Below, one piece after another: positions 26,711-38,980 of a stretch of 64,000 nt of DNA; positions within the stretch are counted from its first letter, which is position 1, and each line of letters opens with the position of its first letter. Origin of the DNA: Bugula neritina. Its lineage: Eukaryota > Animalia > Bryozoa. The position numbers and the translations under genes are program-made. Under the pieces are notes generated by a model. It saw only the letters and a program-made list of their open reading frames with translations, was not told the DNA's origin and did no database searches. Location of the stretch: the NCBI GenBank assembly GCA_964035545.1, contig OZ037772.1, forward strand, positions 9,665,150 through 9,729,149. Direction: 5' to 3'.

Positions 26711-28309
26711 ACAACTGAGGCATTTAGAGCAGCTGAACACATGAACACCATTGATAAGAAAAGCATACTGCAGAGCTCGACGGCCTCTCAAGCCCAGATA
26801 TTAAATTAGCTGACATAATATGTGTTCCCTTATATTGACTAACATTCATAGTGTTAGCAAATATCTCAGGAAAGTGTTCAGTTTGTGTAAAAGCTTTGCT
26901 GCCAAATCAATATTTTATAATAAAAATGAAATAAAATTAGTTAATACTTGATACTTAATTTTAACACATTCTGATCATACTTTATAAAAATGCAAACCGC
27001 AGCTGCAGTTTTATCTTGCGAAGTATCATTATGTGCTAGAACACACTAACATTGCTCAAATTCAAATTGTTGGAAAGGCTATAAAAAAGCTAAGCCTTAT
27101 TTTGTTCTTTGCTGTATGCATAAAAATAACACAATGACAACTTTTTTCTAACTTTGTGTAGGAGCTCTATTGACAAACCTTCTTGATATCTTATAGTATT
27201 AAGTTGCACGTGTAAACATACATTTTATTAATATTCTGTAAAGGTATACAGATGCGGTATCTGCACTAGCTTTAGAAATTTACGCTACAGAGTCTTATAG
27301 TCAATAAATGCTTTTTATGGATCAGATTGCTAATATATCTAAACAAGCTTTAAGACGCGGTTGTCTCAAAAATATACCCACCATTGTTATTATTACTTTG
27401 AGAATTATAAGGTGGTGATTAAATCATGTACCAAGAAAATGGAATTAGCTGTATATATTATGTAGGTTTTGTGTCATTTTTTCACCTATAGTTTTCTATT
27501 TCTATTAATTATGCATAAAAGAGCTTTCGTAGTATTTTGTCTATATAATATTATGTTTGTATACACAACCCAGGTAGTTTCACTTATAGATATACAGATC
27601 TATGCAAGCATTTAATATTTATGAGCTTAACACATTATAATGGAGTGATTTTTCTTTAATGCTTATTTATTTTGCGACATTTATAACAAATTTTACAAAC
27701 AATAATAATGTTACTCAGAATATCATTTTATACGGTTTTTGATATTTTTTGATTCAGTACATTATTGAATATACAAAGTATGCAATGTTTCTATTGTCAT
27801 CCTTTGATTATTTATGCTCATTTAACTGATACACCTAATAATTAAAATATATCATGCTTAATAGTTTGAGTGTTTTTATTTGCACATTTCAAAAAATAAT
27901 TAAGATTATATGGAAAATGTTTTTATTGCATTTGCATTGCACATTAAAGTAAAATAAGCTCATCAATAAATTTTAGTAACTTTCTACACGCTGTTATAAT
28001 AGTACATATTCAGGGGTGTAAATTAAGGTTTTTATACCCACCTGGAGAGCTTGGTAAATGCTGATTGAATATGTATTTGGGCATAGCACAGGAGCTTGCT
28101 TGGCTGTTTTGTATATATATAATTCGCATATGCCAAATTAATAAACTGTTTTAGAACAATTATCCACAGTTCTATTCATAATATGTAAAAGTTATTTTTT
28201 AGCCTAACTATAAAAATGAAATTTATTATTGCATGAAAGTATTATGATGCCAAACGCTTGAAAAAGCATATAAGTAATAATATTATGTTATGCTTGCAAT
28301 CAGGAGCAT

Positions 28310-28500
28310 ACATAATATTCAGTGTTAGATACAGTCATTTCGGAATTTTCCCAAACACAGAGGGAATTTCCGCAGTGACGACTTTCCACCTTATACGCAG
28401 TGGTTTTTCCTCCGCTTGGGAGATTCTACTATAGCATATAGAACGACCGTTTCTCAACCCAAACATTTTCACTTGTAGTAAATATCCGCCTGTTCAAATT
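28310..28500 (+). promoter_or_regulatory. Conserved upstream block with clustered NF-kB-like sites (kinase copy 3)
   Basis: GGAATTTTCCC 28342-28352, GGGAATTTCC 28362-28371, GACTTTCC 28380-28387, GGTTTTTCC 28402-28410, GGGAGATTCT 28418-28427; block is homologous to 44800-44960. Confidence 0.6.
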
Positions 28501-29303
28501 CGGTGAGCTGAACAAAATTGAGTTGCACAGACTGACAGAGGAGATAAAGATGGACCTTCACCTTGTTTTCTAAGCTTGTGAGTATGAAAACAGAGAAAGG
28601 AAAAGGTAGTTAAACTCATGTAATTGCGGAGTATTAATACCAAATTAAATTATTTTAATTTTGTCTCCAACTTTTAGTTTTAGTTTTACTTGTAGTTCAG
28701 GTGATACTCCTACCGTCCTACGGCTACTGATAGTGATAGTGTTTGTTGCTATGATAATGATATTGATGATTGATTATCATTATGATTAATATTATCGTAT
28801 CACTATGATTATGATTTTAATTATGATTGTGATTATTTATATTACCATGATTATGGTTATAATAATTCAGATAATAATAATCATATACTTATACTTATAG
28901 CCTCTAGGCCTACAGATATATTTAGTCTTTAGTAATAATATACTTACTTTTATTTTATTGATCAAATTCAAATGCCTATGGACTTTGAGTTTGAGAGTGG
29001 CATTTGCATGGCTATGCCTATAGTAATAGTTATAGTATAACTACACGTATTAGGCTACTATTACTAATACTAATAGTAATAGTAATAGCCAATAGGCAAT
29101 TAAACTTATTATGGTAATAATAATAACTTAAACTAGAGATTGCTATTCTGATTTAGTTAGTAATAGTTTTGCTAATAAAAGTCAAAATGAGAATCAGAAT
29201 GTCACACTAACAGTAACTCTAACTGCAGGACTACATGTAACTGTAATTTACTTTAGTCAATTTCAACTGCCTATATAACTATAGTATATTATATACCATA
29301 GTT

Positions 29304-29815
29304 TGTATTGCTCTGTATTGCTCTGTATTCTTTGCACGCTCGAGATTGCTAGAAGCACAAGCGGTGTGCTAAATAAAAACGGTGTTGCAGAAACTATGGT
29401 CTGGGGTTGCAGTGTAACGCTGTTTGACATTAGCCATCAGTTTCATTTTGTAATATTGTCCTGGGAAGGAAACTGTCTCAGAAAACGCTTGATGAAGCAT
29501 ATACTGAATTCAGTTGTCCACATCTGGCAGCACGAGTGTACATGGTGGTCTTTGATCTGCTTTTCATAATTCTATTGTAACTGGTCGACCGTGCGCTGTG
29601 GTGTTCCTCATCCCGAGGATTCTGACAAGCAGTCGCACTCGGTGATCCCTTCGACGACTAGCTAACGTTTTCAATCCAAGCTGGTTTCTGGCATCAGTGA
29701 CACTTTCACGACCCTTCAGTTTACTTATGTATCTTACAGCCTAGTTTTGAATCCTTTAATAATCTTTCTGCTACACTTTTAGTGGCTGGGTCCCACACCG
29801 TATCAGCATAGTATG
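29304..29815 (-). mobile_element. 5'-truncated LINE (CR1/L2-group-like ORF2 C-terminus, decayed)
   Basis: Minus strand reads YADTVWDP...IQN*AVRYISKLKGRESVTDARNQLGLKTLASRRRDHR with a stop and a frameshift; ends in a short tandem-repeat tail (caatacagag)n. Confidence 0.8.
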
Positions 29816-30780
29816 GTATAATTATATGCTATATGCTATATATAGTATATACTATATTCGTTACTTGAGAAAATTTATGTAGTTTAAATTTGTTACTTGA
29901 AATGCATTTTCTCATCTGCCTTAAACTCTAGTAATCTTCCACATGTAGTTTAGTAATTTACTGTAAGTTCCAATGAAATGGAAAGTTGTGTAGCTCAGCG
30001 TAACATATGCTTATAAGAATAAGCCAGGGCCCCTGGTGGCAGTCTCTTCAGGTAGTCTATAATAAACAAGTTATTGTTAAATGCTGCCAAATGTAGCACA
30101 CAAATATTGAGTGTTGACCAGCCACTTATTGGTGTTGAGTAAATTTATCTTGGAGTGACCATACAGTCAGAGTTTGAAGTGTACTTAATATACGCAATAA
30201 TCAAAGTAAGCAAGGATATGAAAAGGTTCTGGGTTGTATAAAATATGCTCCTGTTGATTTGCTCTTGACTACAAAGCTGTTGAAATATCTGAGGTTATGT
30301 CACTGAATACTTGAATATGACTGATGTCTTGCAGTTTGATACAGAAATGTTGTCTTACAGAAATAATTCTGATTATATGTAATCTTACAATAGTATAATT
30401 TCAGTTTTGTATTACTTTCATAGTTTTATATCCTTTCACCTTAAATTTTTATAGATATTACTCCACATAAAAATGCTTTTGTTTTGCTCTCTTATTATGC
30501 AATAATTTTTATATAAACCTGTTCTAATTACTTTAATGAGAAAAAATGTTTTTATTTGAAATTATCCTAACAGAATCAAGCTTTGAGCTGTGATACTAAG
30601 GTGTTTGAAATAATAAAAAATCTTGAAGTTTGAAAAGAATAATGTCAGTTCACACTACAGTTAAAACAAAGCTTCCTTTTAGCTGTAGTGTAAGCAGTAT
30701 ATATAGGGCTGTATGATTCACTGTAAGGTATTATTTTAGGATATTTAGCTCTTAGCTGGACAGTGTGGTAGAAAAGTGAA

Positions 30781-33700
30781 ATGGGTGGGGGTTACTCTAC
30801 ATCAGATCTCTCTTTTAATGGTTTGTTTGATATAATATAACTACTTTTATATATTTTAATTGAACTCATGCAAATATTTTAGCTAATATGTTAGCATGAA
30901 GCAATTTCATGTCTATACTTTTGGGCTCCTGCATTTGTAAGACTTGTATTTATTGTTTGGCATTTATGGGTCACAAATGATCAAGTCTGTTAGAAATAAT
31001 AAGCAATGAATTTCCTTGTGATAAAATAAGTACATCAGGCATTCAAGATTACTAGAAACTTGAGACATGAGACTGAAAGAAGTCATTATTGTGTTTCAGG
31101 AGATACAGATTCTCCATTTAAATGTAAATAAAACTGTTACCAGCTTCAAGTATGTTAATTCCGAATTTTAGATTTTTAGCTACATTATTTAGTTGGATTT
31201 TAGATTTTAGATTCATTGCTACATGAGTTAGCTGTTGCTCTATAGTAGTTTATATTGTTTTACAGCTTCTTTCACTAGCAAAGAACTTCTTGGTAAAGGC
31301 AGTTTTGGGTTTGTCTACAAAAGGTATGATGAACTGAGTAAACAATACATAGCCTGTAAGGAAGTGGACTTGGGTGTGATTACTAACACAGAATATCAGA
31401 GGGTATTCATTTATTTATGTGACTTCACTTCCTGTTTAGAAGGTTAACATATACATGTAGGTGTTTTTCTAGTGTAGTTGATGCAGTTGTTACATTCTTA
31501 CAACTAAAATGCTCAGTTGATGCTTTTGATGTTTGAAAGTTGTTTTCACCTTAACTGCCTTTTTATCAACCATATGATTTTTTAAAAGCATCATTTCTAA
31601 CTTTTCTGTATGTAAATCATCAAGCTTGTAGTTTGAAAGTATGGCCTCAACATTCCTTGGCACATTATTTTTGTAGTCATAAAATATTCATTTAAATTTA
31701 ACTATCTGCAGACTGTTGGAGGCTTGTATGTTCAAAAACTTTGTTTTAGAAGAAATTTTCTGCTCATGCTTTCGTTAGGCTCTTGAGTTTGTAACATCAT
31801 AAAATTAAATACTAGTTACTGCTGACTTTCATTTTTGTTGTTCTTATCTACTGTAACTCACAGTTTAATTATTTGGTTGGCTTGAAACTTTTCGCTTTGA
31901 GCTTTTAAGGCAGTTCAGTGAATAACTTGTGTGTTGCAGCAGGTAAAACTATCAGGCTTTATATATCTCTTGAGTGAGATTCATGAAATACTTCAACTGT
32001 TGCATATAGACAAAATTTTGTTTTCTAGAAAATTGAAAGAGCCATGAAAGAAGTGAGTGCAATGAAGCGATTGGACCATGAACATATAGTCAAGTACTAT
32101 GGTTATGAAGTAATACAGGACCAACACAAATCAGGTTTGATAAAATTACTATCTGATTATGAGTTTTGTGCTGATATGTCCAATAAATTATTACTATTAG
32201 ATTAAGCAGTATTCATCTACTATAAATATGTTTCAACTCATCCTTTGTTTTCCTGTGTCATATTTTAGTTGATTTATATTGTTGACGGACTCTATTCAAT
32301 GCATTAGCTAGTATATTTATAGTAATATTCAATCTTTATATCACCAATAGAGACCAGGGTGCTATCTATTTATATGGAGTATGTCTCGGGAGGGTCTGTA
32401 AAAGACCGTTTGAATAAAGAAGGAGCTTTCAAGGAGACTCAGGCTATAAGATATACCTGGCAGATGTTACTTGGTGTTTCTTATCTTCACAGACAACGTA
32501 TTATACACAGAGATTTGAAGTGTAAGCATTAAAATTGAAAAGAGATTTTAAGTGTTTAAGTTATAGGATTGGAATTTTAAGCTTTCTATACACAGAAAAA
32601 TCTGCTGTGAACATTCTACAACATCTAATTTTTATTACAAACTAAGCAAAGGGTGTTAATTTGATAATATTATTTTTTAAATTTCTCTCATCTGTTTTTT
32701 TCAGGTTCCAACATGCTGCTAGATGATAATGATGAGATAAAACTAGCAGACCTTGGGATAGCTAAAGAATGTCATCATTCAACGCATGAAAGTAAAAGAA
32801 CACTACACACAGAGACTTGTGGTACAGCTCATTATATGGCACCAGAAGTTATGGCTGGAGAGGAGTATGGCAGGAAGGCTGATATTTGGTAAATTCTTTT
32901 TTTCATAGAGCTCTAAGAAAAACCTGTTTTCAAGTTTTAATGAGTTTATATTTTTCTACATAATCCTTCTTACTCTAAACAGGAGTGCTGGAGCTACTCT
33001 AGTGGAGATGTTGACCACACAACCACTCTGGTATAAGCTAAAAGATTTCCAAGTTATGTATAGAATTGGACAAAAAGAAAAACCTGCATATGTCCTTGAC
33101 TCTAGTCTAGGACCAGAAGTTAGAAGTTTCCTGGCTGTGATATTCAACTATGATAGTGAAAGACGACCTTCAGCTGAGGAGCTATTAGAACACGACTGGT
33201 TGCATGGTTGTAGATTTACTAAAGGTTAGTGTAGAGTTACTGAATCTTAGTGTAGAGTTACTAAATACAAAGATTTCGTTGGGTTGTTTGAAGGCTTTCA
33301 ACTTAATGTTGGAAGATTATGCCACTGCCTTGCTTTAACATATTCATTGCTGTAGTCAAGCTTTTTTAATCTGTTCCAGCTGTTTGTTTTCAGTATGGAA
33401 TTTTGCACCATTCTGAAAAAAGTTACAAAATAGTTTAATTACGCTGTTGACCTACATTTTCATTTGGTCTAAGACTAAATGTATGTTTCGATTTATATAT
33501 TGATGGCAGGAATATTTTAATTAAGAAAAATATAAGCTTGAATATAAAAACTGGTGTGCCCAACTATAATTAACATATAGTGAAAATAATTAGTGGGGCA
33601 AATTGTACTTGGTTCAACTCGCCTCACTTCCTATGCGGTTTAACTAGTCCCACACTTTCACGGTACAAATTATTGCTGTGACTGAAATATTTCTGCAACT

Positions 33701-36093
33701 TTAGATTATTGCCCAGCTTTGAAAGCATGTTGGTAATACATGCCTGAATTTATTTGAGAAACTATGCAACTTGTTATGAAAAAATAAATTTATAGTCTGC
33801 TCATGTTTTATGCAAAAAGTGTGAAAACTCACCTGAAAACTTCTGCATTGATTTTATATATTTTTATATGTCTGGTAGGTCACCTAAAACACTCTTAAGT
33901 AAAGGAGGTAAAATAGTGCAATAGCTTAAAGAAGAAAATTTAGAGCATGAGGTTCAACTAACCCCACTCTCCCCTATATATACACACTCGCACACATGTG
34001 TGCTCGGTCGTGTGTATGTGTGCGAGCACACATACACACGCATATATAGTATAGTATAGTAATTTAACACTAGCTTAATTTTGGCAAAAAGTAGAATTTT
34101 GTCTTAAATTGAATAAATATAATATAAGTGTTTCTCCTGCTACTCGGCAAATCTGTTTCAGTTGAAAAGTTCTGACTCGCAGATTTCAAACAAGCCACTG
34201 TTGAAATTACATTAATTGAGTCAAGATTTGGAAGTAGCTTTTGCCTCTTTACATTTTTACCGAGATTTGCTGAAAATACAAGTATAGTATTGTTAAAGTA
34301 ATGTAACTGTTTTTGTTTATATTTTTTAACTTATCGAAGCAAATTTACTCCCAACATTTTTTGGTGGCTGCCATAATAGAACTAGGTTTTTAATCCAGAA
34401 AATAATTTTAAGCATGGTTCAAGTGTTTATACATCAACTGCTGGGAAAGTTGTTTTAATGCTAACAATGTGTTGATGTAGTAATATTTTTTAATTGAAAG
34501 GAATTCTTGCTCTTACCTCTCAAATTCAGCGAAATTGAGACACATTGTTTAGCAAAAATTGAAATTAAATGGTTTAATGAAGAAATAGCTACATATACAT
34601 TTTAGCGCTATCCCTAGTTACTACTTGCCTATAATACATATAGTTATATTCAGTATATTGTTTCAATGAGCTTCACATGATTATCTACTTTTGTTATTTC
34701 TAGACCAACATTTTGTTTTTTGTAATTTTATCTCAAATCTGGAATCTTACACTTGCTAATATGAAATCCTCTTTTTCATTGTCTCACATAATCTCTATCT
34801 ACTGCATACTAATCATACCAATGACAATACTTGTACTTTAGATGGAGACAGGAAATCTCTTTTTAAAGCTCCAGTAAAGTTAGCATCTCCAAGACGTAAG
34901 TTATATCGCTGCGTCTAGACTTTAAAACCTTTCACTCTAGAAAATTAACATATCAACTTCATAAAAATTTTGGCTAGTGACAGTTTTTCTCTCACCTTTA
35001 TCTTGTTAATAATTTGGCATATCACAAAATTTGATTTCAACGCTTGTTTACCTCAACTGAGCAGGTGGTTTTAGTATGTTGTCAATAGTAATTATTATGA
35101 AGATCCTTTGGATAGTTTGCTTAAATTTTGAAACACACCTAGACAATCTTTTAGTATGATGTTTTTGTCTAATTTCTAATGTAACATTAAGTTACCATTA
35201 CAAATACTTTTAATATCACAATTGTTTTCAAGATCATAGTTAAATCATCCATGCAATTTTTACTATCCTTTTGTAATAATTATTGCATTTTTCATAGAAT
35301 TCAAAAAAGTTAATAACATTAAGTCAATCTGATATGCCTGGATAAATGTTTACTTTCACTGCCAGCATTATCTAACTTTGGCTTCATTGCAAAAAGACTC
35401 ATATATTCGCCCTTCACCAACTAAATTATAATTTAACCTAAATTATGGCTTAGTGTTGGGATGTTCTGTTTTGTAATATGTTTCTTATAGTATGTACTTA
35501 GCCAATTCATTTTCACCCAACAATTTTTGGTAGCTGCTTTAATAAAAGATAGAAAGTAGAAAAGCTGATAACTTCAAATAATATTTAAGTTTTTGGATGG
35601 CCTGTTAACACTTACAACTGTTGTTATATTCATTCGATTTCTAAATTTTTAGATCACCCATATCAGCCAAACACCAAGCATTCTCTTTATATGGTATGTT
35701 GTGTCACTTTCTTTTCTAAATTTTAAAAAGTTGGGCTAGTAAATGTAGATAATTTTTAAGTGTAAATATTTCTTCATACAAATAAAGAACAAAATCTACA
35801 TATAAAATAAAATATTTCTAATTATGCATTGTAATTTGTTTTCCTCTCATAATGAAGAAAAATATAAATAGTCAAAAGTCTAATTGTTTTGTGGTTTTGA
35901 AGGACCTCCCAAATTTGGAACGGCAAGAGCAGCTGCAGTGCCTGCAGCTGGCAACCTGGTCTTTACTCCAGCAGGCGGCTCAGAATGTGGAGCAGTTGTC
36001 ACGAGAGAGGCATTGAAAGGAACTGGTTGGCAGCATTTGCGGACAGCAGAAAACTTTTTGACATATACAAGCTCGACTATTAACGACTACTAA
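30781..36093 (+). CDS. MAP3K (MEKK2/3-like) kinase, copy 3 (~356 aa; DLG variant; ~63-aa tail)
   Basis: Exons 30781-30820 (MGGGYSTSDLSFN), 31266-31402, 32029-32134, 32351-32521, 32705-32888, 32983-33224, and probable last exon 35903-36093 (in frame with ORF 35884..36093). Motifs GKGSFG, IACK, HRDLKCSN, LADLG, APE. Unspliced read-through would stop at 33229. Confidence 0.85.
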
Positions 36094-36749
36094 CACTGCT
36101 ACCATGATATACATTCTTTGGCACAACATCTGTAGTGTCACGAGTAAAACTAAAAACTAAAAACTAAATTAATATCAAATAACTTTAGTATCTCTGTCAA
36201 TGCATTTACTAATACTGCTACTAATACTTTTGCTTTTTTCCGACATCCAGCACTCAATATCAGATTTGATGAAAATAAAAATCAATGCTAACAACAGGAG
36301 ATCAAAATAAGCTTGTTTTCTAAGTTGTTGAAAGTTTGTTTTTTTTAGTGATTTGTAGAGATTAATTGAAGCCCTGCTATTGTTTCTCAAAGCACGGCTG
36401 AAAACTGCATGTAGTAGGTTAGCTATTTTATAATATGTGCTCTAATAATTCTTATAAATGGTCACTTTATCCAGATATATTCCAAAAATTTAGGTTGTTT
36501 CCCAAAGTCTAGATCTGGAAAGATGGCAGGAGTGGCAAATATCTACATGTGTGCTCTAGTCTACTTATATGGGAATTCATGTTTCTGTCGGATTTTACAA
36601 TACGTGGCATCTTCAGTGATGGTGTCTCACACATCTAGCCATAAGTCTCTTAATATTGTTTTAAGTCTCAAAAGTCCACCGTGCATAAAAGTTGTAGGAC
36701 TGTTGGTAAAGTGATTGGGACCTATATGTAAAATATTTAAAACTAATGT

Positions 36750-36980
36750 TAGTACAAATGTCCAGTTTCACTTAACTTCTACGAAATAATGAGTAGATAT
36801 TAGCCAATCAAATGTATCTTCTGCATCCAATAAACAGCTGTATGTCTACACTGTCTATTACCTACGAGATTGCCTAGGAGTTCTAACTATAAACAATTTA
36901 ATAGCCTATGATCAGTGGACATTCACCCTCAAGTCATTTTTACCCCTAGCAGCTTCCTACAGTGTTCATAGACCACATAA
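36750..36980 (-). pseudogene. Duplicated fragment of the SCaMC last exon ([16 protein letters not shown]) and 3' UTR
   Basis: Near-identical to about 54232-54468, e.g. the shared string caccctcaagtcatttttacccctagcagcttcctacagtgttcatagaccac. Similarity stops abruptly mid-exon. Confidence 0.9.
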
Positions 36981-38080
36981 CAATTGGTGTTGATGAGATT
37001 TAAAATGCTTTAACCATTTTTAAGTGTGTTTGTTGACAACATCATAGTGAGTTATTAATTTGTATCAACTCGCTTTAAACTGTAGCTACAGGTTTTAAAT
37101 ACAGTATGCAAACATTTTTCTATCTATTAGTAGTGCATAGCAGTAACCATGGAAATTACTAGGGTCTTGGGTAGCTAGTAACTGCAACAGGCTTGATTGA
37201 TATCAGCTATAACCACGAGAGGCTAATAAGATGAACCATACTAGTGCTATTCAGTATATTAGTTATATAATATATTATCAGCAGTATATTTACCTTGAAA
37301 TACAGATAAGAACTATTATATATAATATACTTTAGACTTCTGATAACAGTTGCATGGTTTAAACTTGATAATACCATTTAGTGTATGGCTCTTCATAGTG
37401 CTTGATGTGTCGTAAGTATATTCATCATTATATAGTTTATAAGAAAAGTGTTGGTTTTTACAAAATTTTAGTTGATATAGCATCACATTGTATCTATATA
37501 TACTTTATAGTCTAAGTGTGTGTAGTTCTACCGCATTGTTCTGATATAAACATAAAATAGAAATTGAGGATCCTTTCTATAAACATTATAATACTGAGTG
37601 CCAAAGGTACTCTAATTAAAATACAACTTTCTGTATGTGACCCACTAGCTGTTATATAACAGTAGAATATATATACACACATGAATATATAATATATAAT
37701 ATGTTATTATGTCTTTAATATTAGTATTAAAAATATTTGTAACGGTTGGTTACAGCTTACAGCGTGAAAAGCTTGCCATGGATCATTGTATTTGTCAAAT
37801 TCATAGATATTTCTAAAATAATTTAGCTATAAATTTTATATGAGAGAATAGTAAAAGTTGACTTATTTTCAATCATGGTATTATAACTTGTGTTTATGAA
37901 ACTGATAGATTAGTCATGTTGGAAGTTTCCAAAACATGGAATGAATTTGCGTTGTGCAGATTTTCATATTATACGTATTGGTTTTCCCCATATCTATTAT
38001 CTCTGATAATGCTATTATTTTATCAGCTCAAATATTTTAGCTTGAAAAAAATGCCTGTGTAGTTTTGACTTTACCCAGTA

Positions 38081-38153
38081 GTCCCTGTGGTGTAGTTTGT
38101 TAGTGTGCCTGCTTGCAAGCCATAGGTTCCTGGTTCACATCCCAGTGAGGGCA
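38081..38153 (+). other. Degenerate tRNA-like sequence (pseudo-tRNA or head of a second SINE family)
   Basis: tggtgtagtttgttag A-box-like, ggttcacatccc B-box-like, about 73 nt, but the stems are mismatched. Confidence 0.4.
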
Positions 38154-38980
38154 AACAGCTTATATAGCATAGTCTCTCACAGTTATATACACATGTGCAT
38201 ACACAAAAATTGTTAAAACTGTATTAATTTGTTACCCAACTATAGTCCAGTAAGGGGTGCAGTTTATAGTACTTTTAGCCATGCCTCAATTTCATAGACC
38301 ACATAATGGCAGACAATATTATAATATGTCTCAATAACAGTACTCTGCTATGTATATGTGATTTATGGAATTTTAGGGGACAGTTCAAAGGACTATAGGC
38401 TTATAGTAATTATAGTTAGATGACAGTTTAAAGGTTGTTACACTTTTGTTACATGGCTGCACAAAAATCATGTTAAGAACTATAAATACATTCTTTATTC
38501 ACTCAAGTTGGATCTAATTATCAGCAGCAACTTATATATATAGCAAGTTCTATAATTCTAATATTGGCAGTCATTACACCTGTATATTTCGTAAACTTTC
38601 TTAATATATATTTAAGCATTTGTGTCTTTATGTACATATTTAATAATTTTAATAAAGAAAAACACTTACTCAAAACGCTTCATGAAAAATTCAAATTCTA
38701 AGTATTGTATGCGTACTGACTTAAAATTAAGACATACATGTTGTATTCTGTAAAGATTAGTTTATTTGAAGTATTTAGCATATGGAATTTGTTTTACCAA
38801 TCTCTAAGAGACAATCAAAATATTTTAAGATATACAAACGATAAGTTGATTCACCCAGCAGCTAAATTAAGCTGGCTTTTATTTGTAGTGTGAGCAGGGC
38901 GTATGGTTGCATGATTTACTGTAATGTATTATTTTAGGATCTTTGGTATAGTTAGCTGGGTAATGTGGTAGAGAAGCGCA

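Noticed and set aside
34680-35700. Possible decayed retroelement coding sequence (also 61400-62800)
   Set aside because: Coding-like texture but no recognisable motif or open frame by eye; needs a repeat or protein search.
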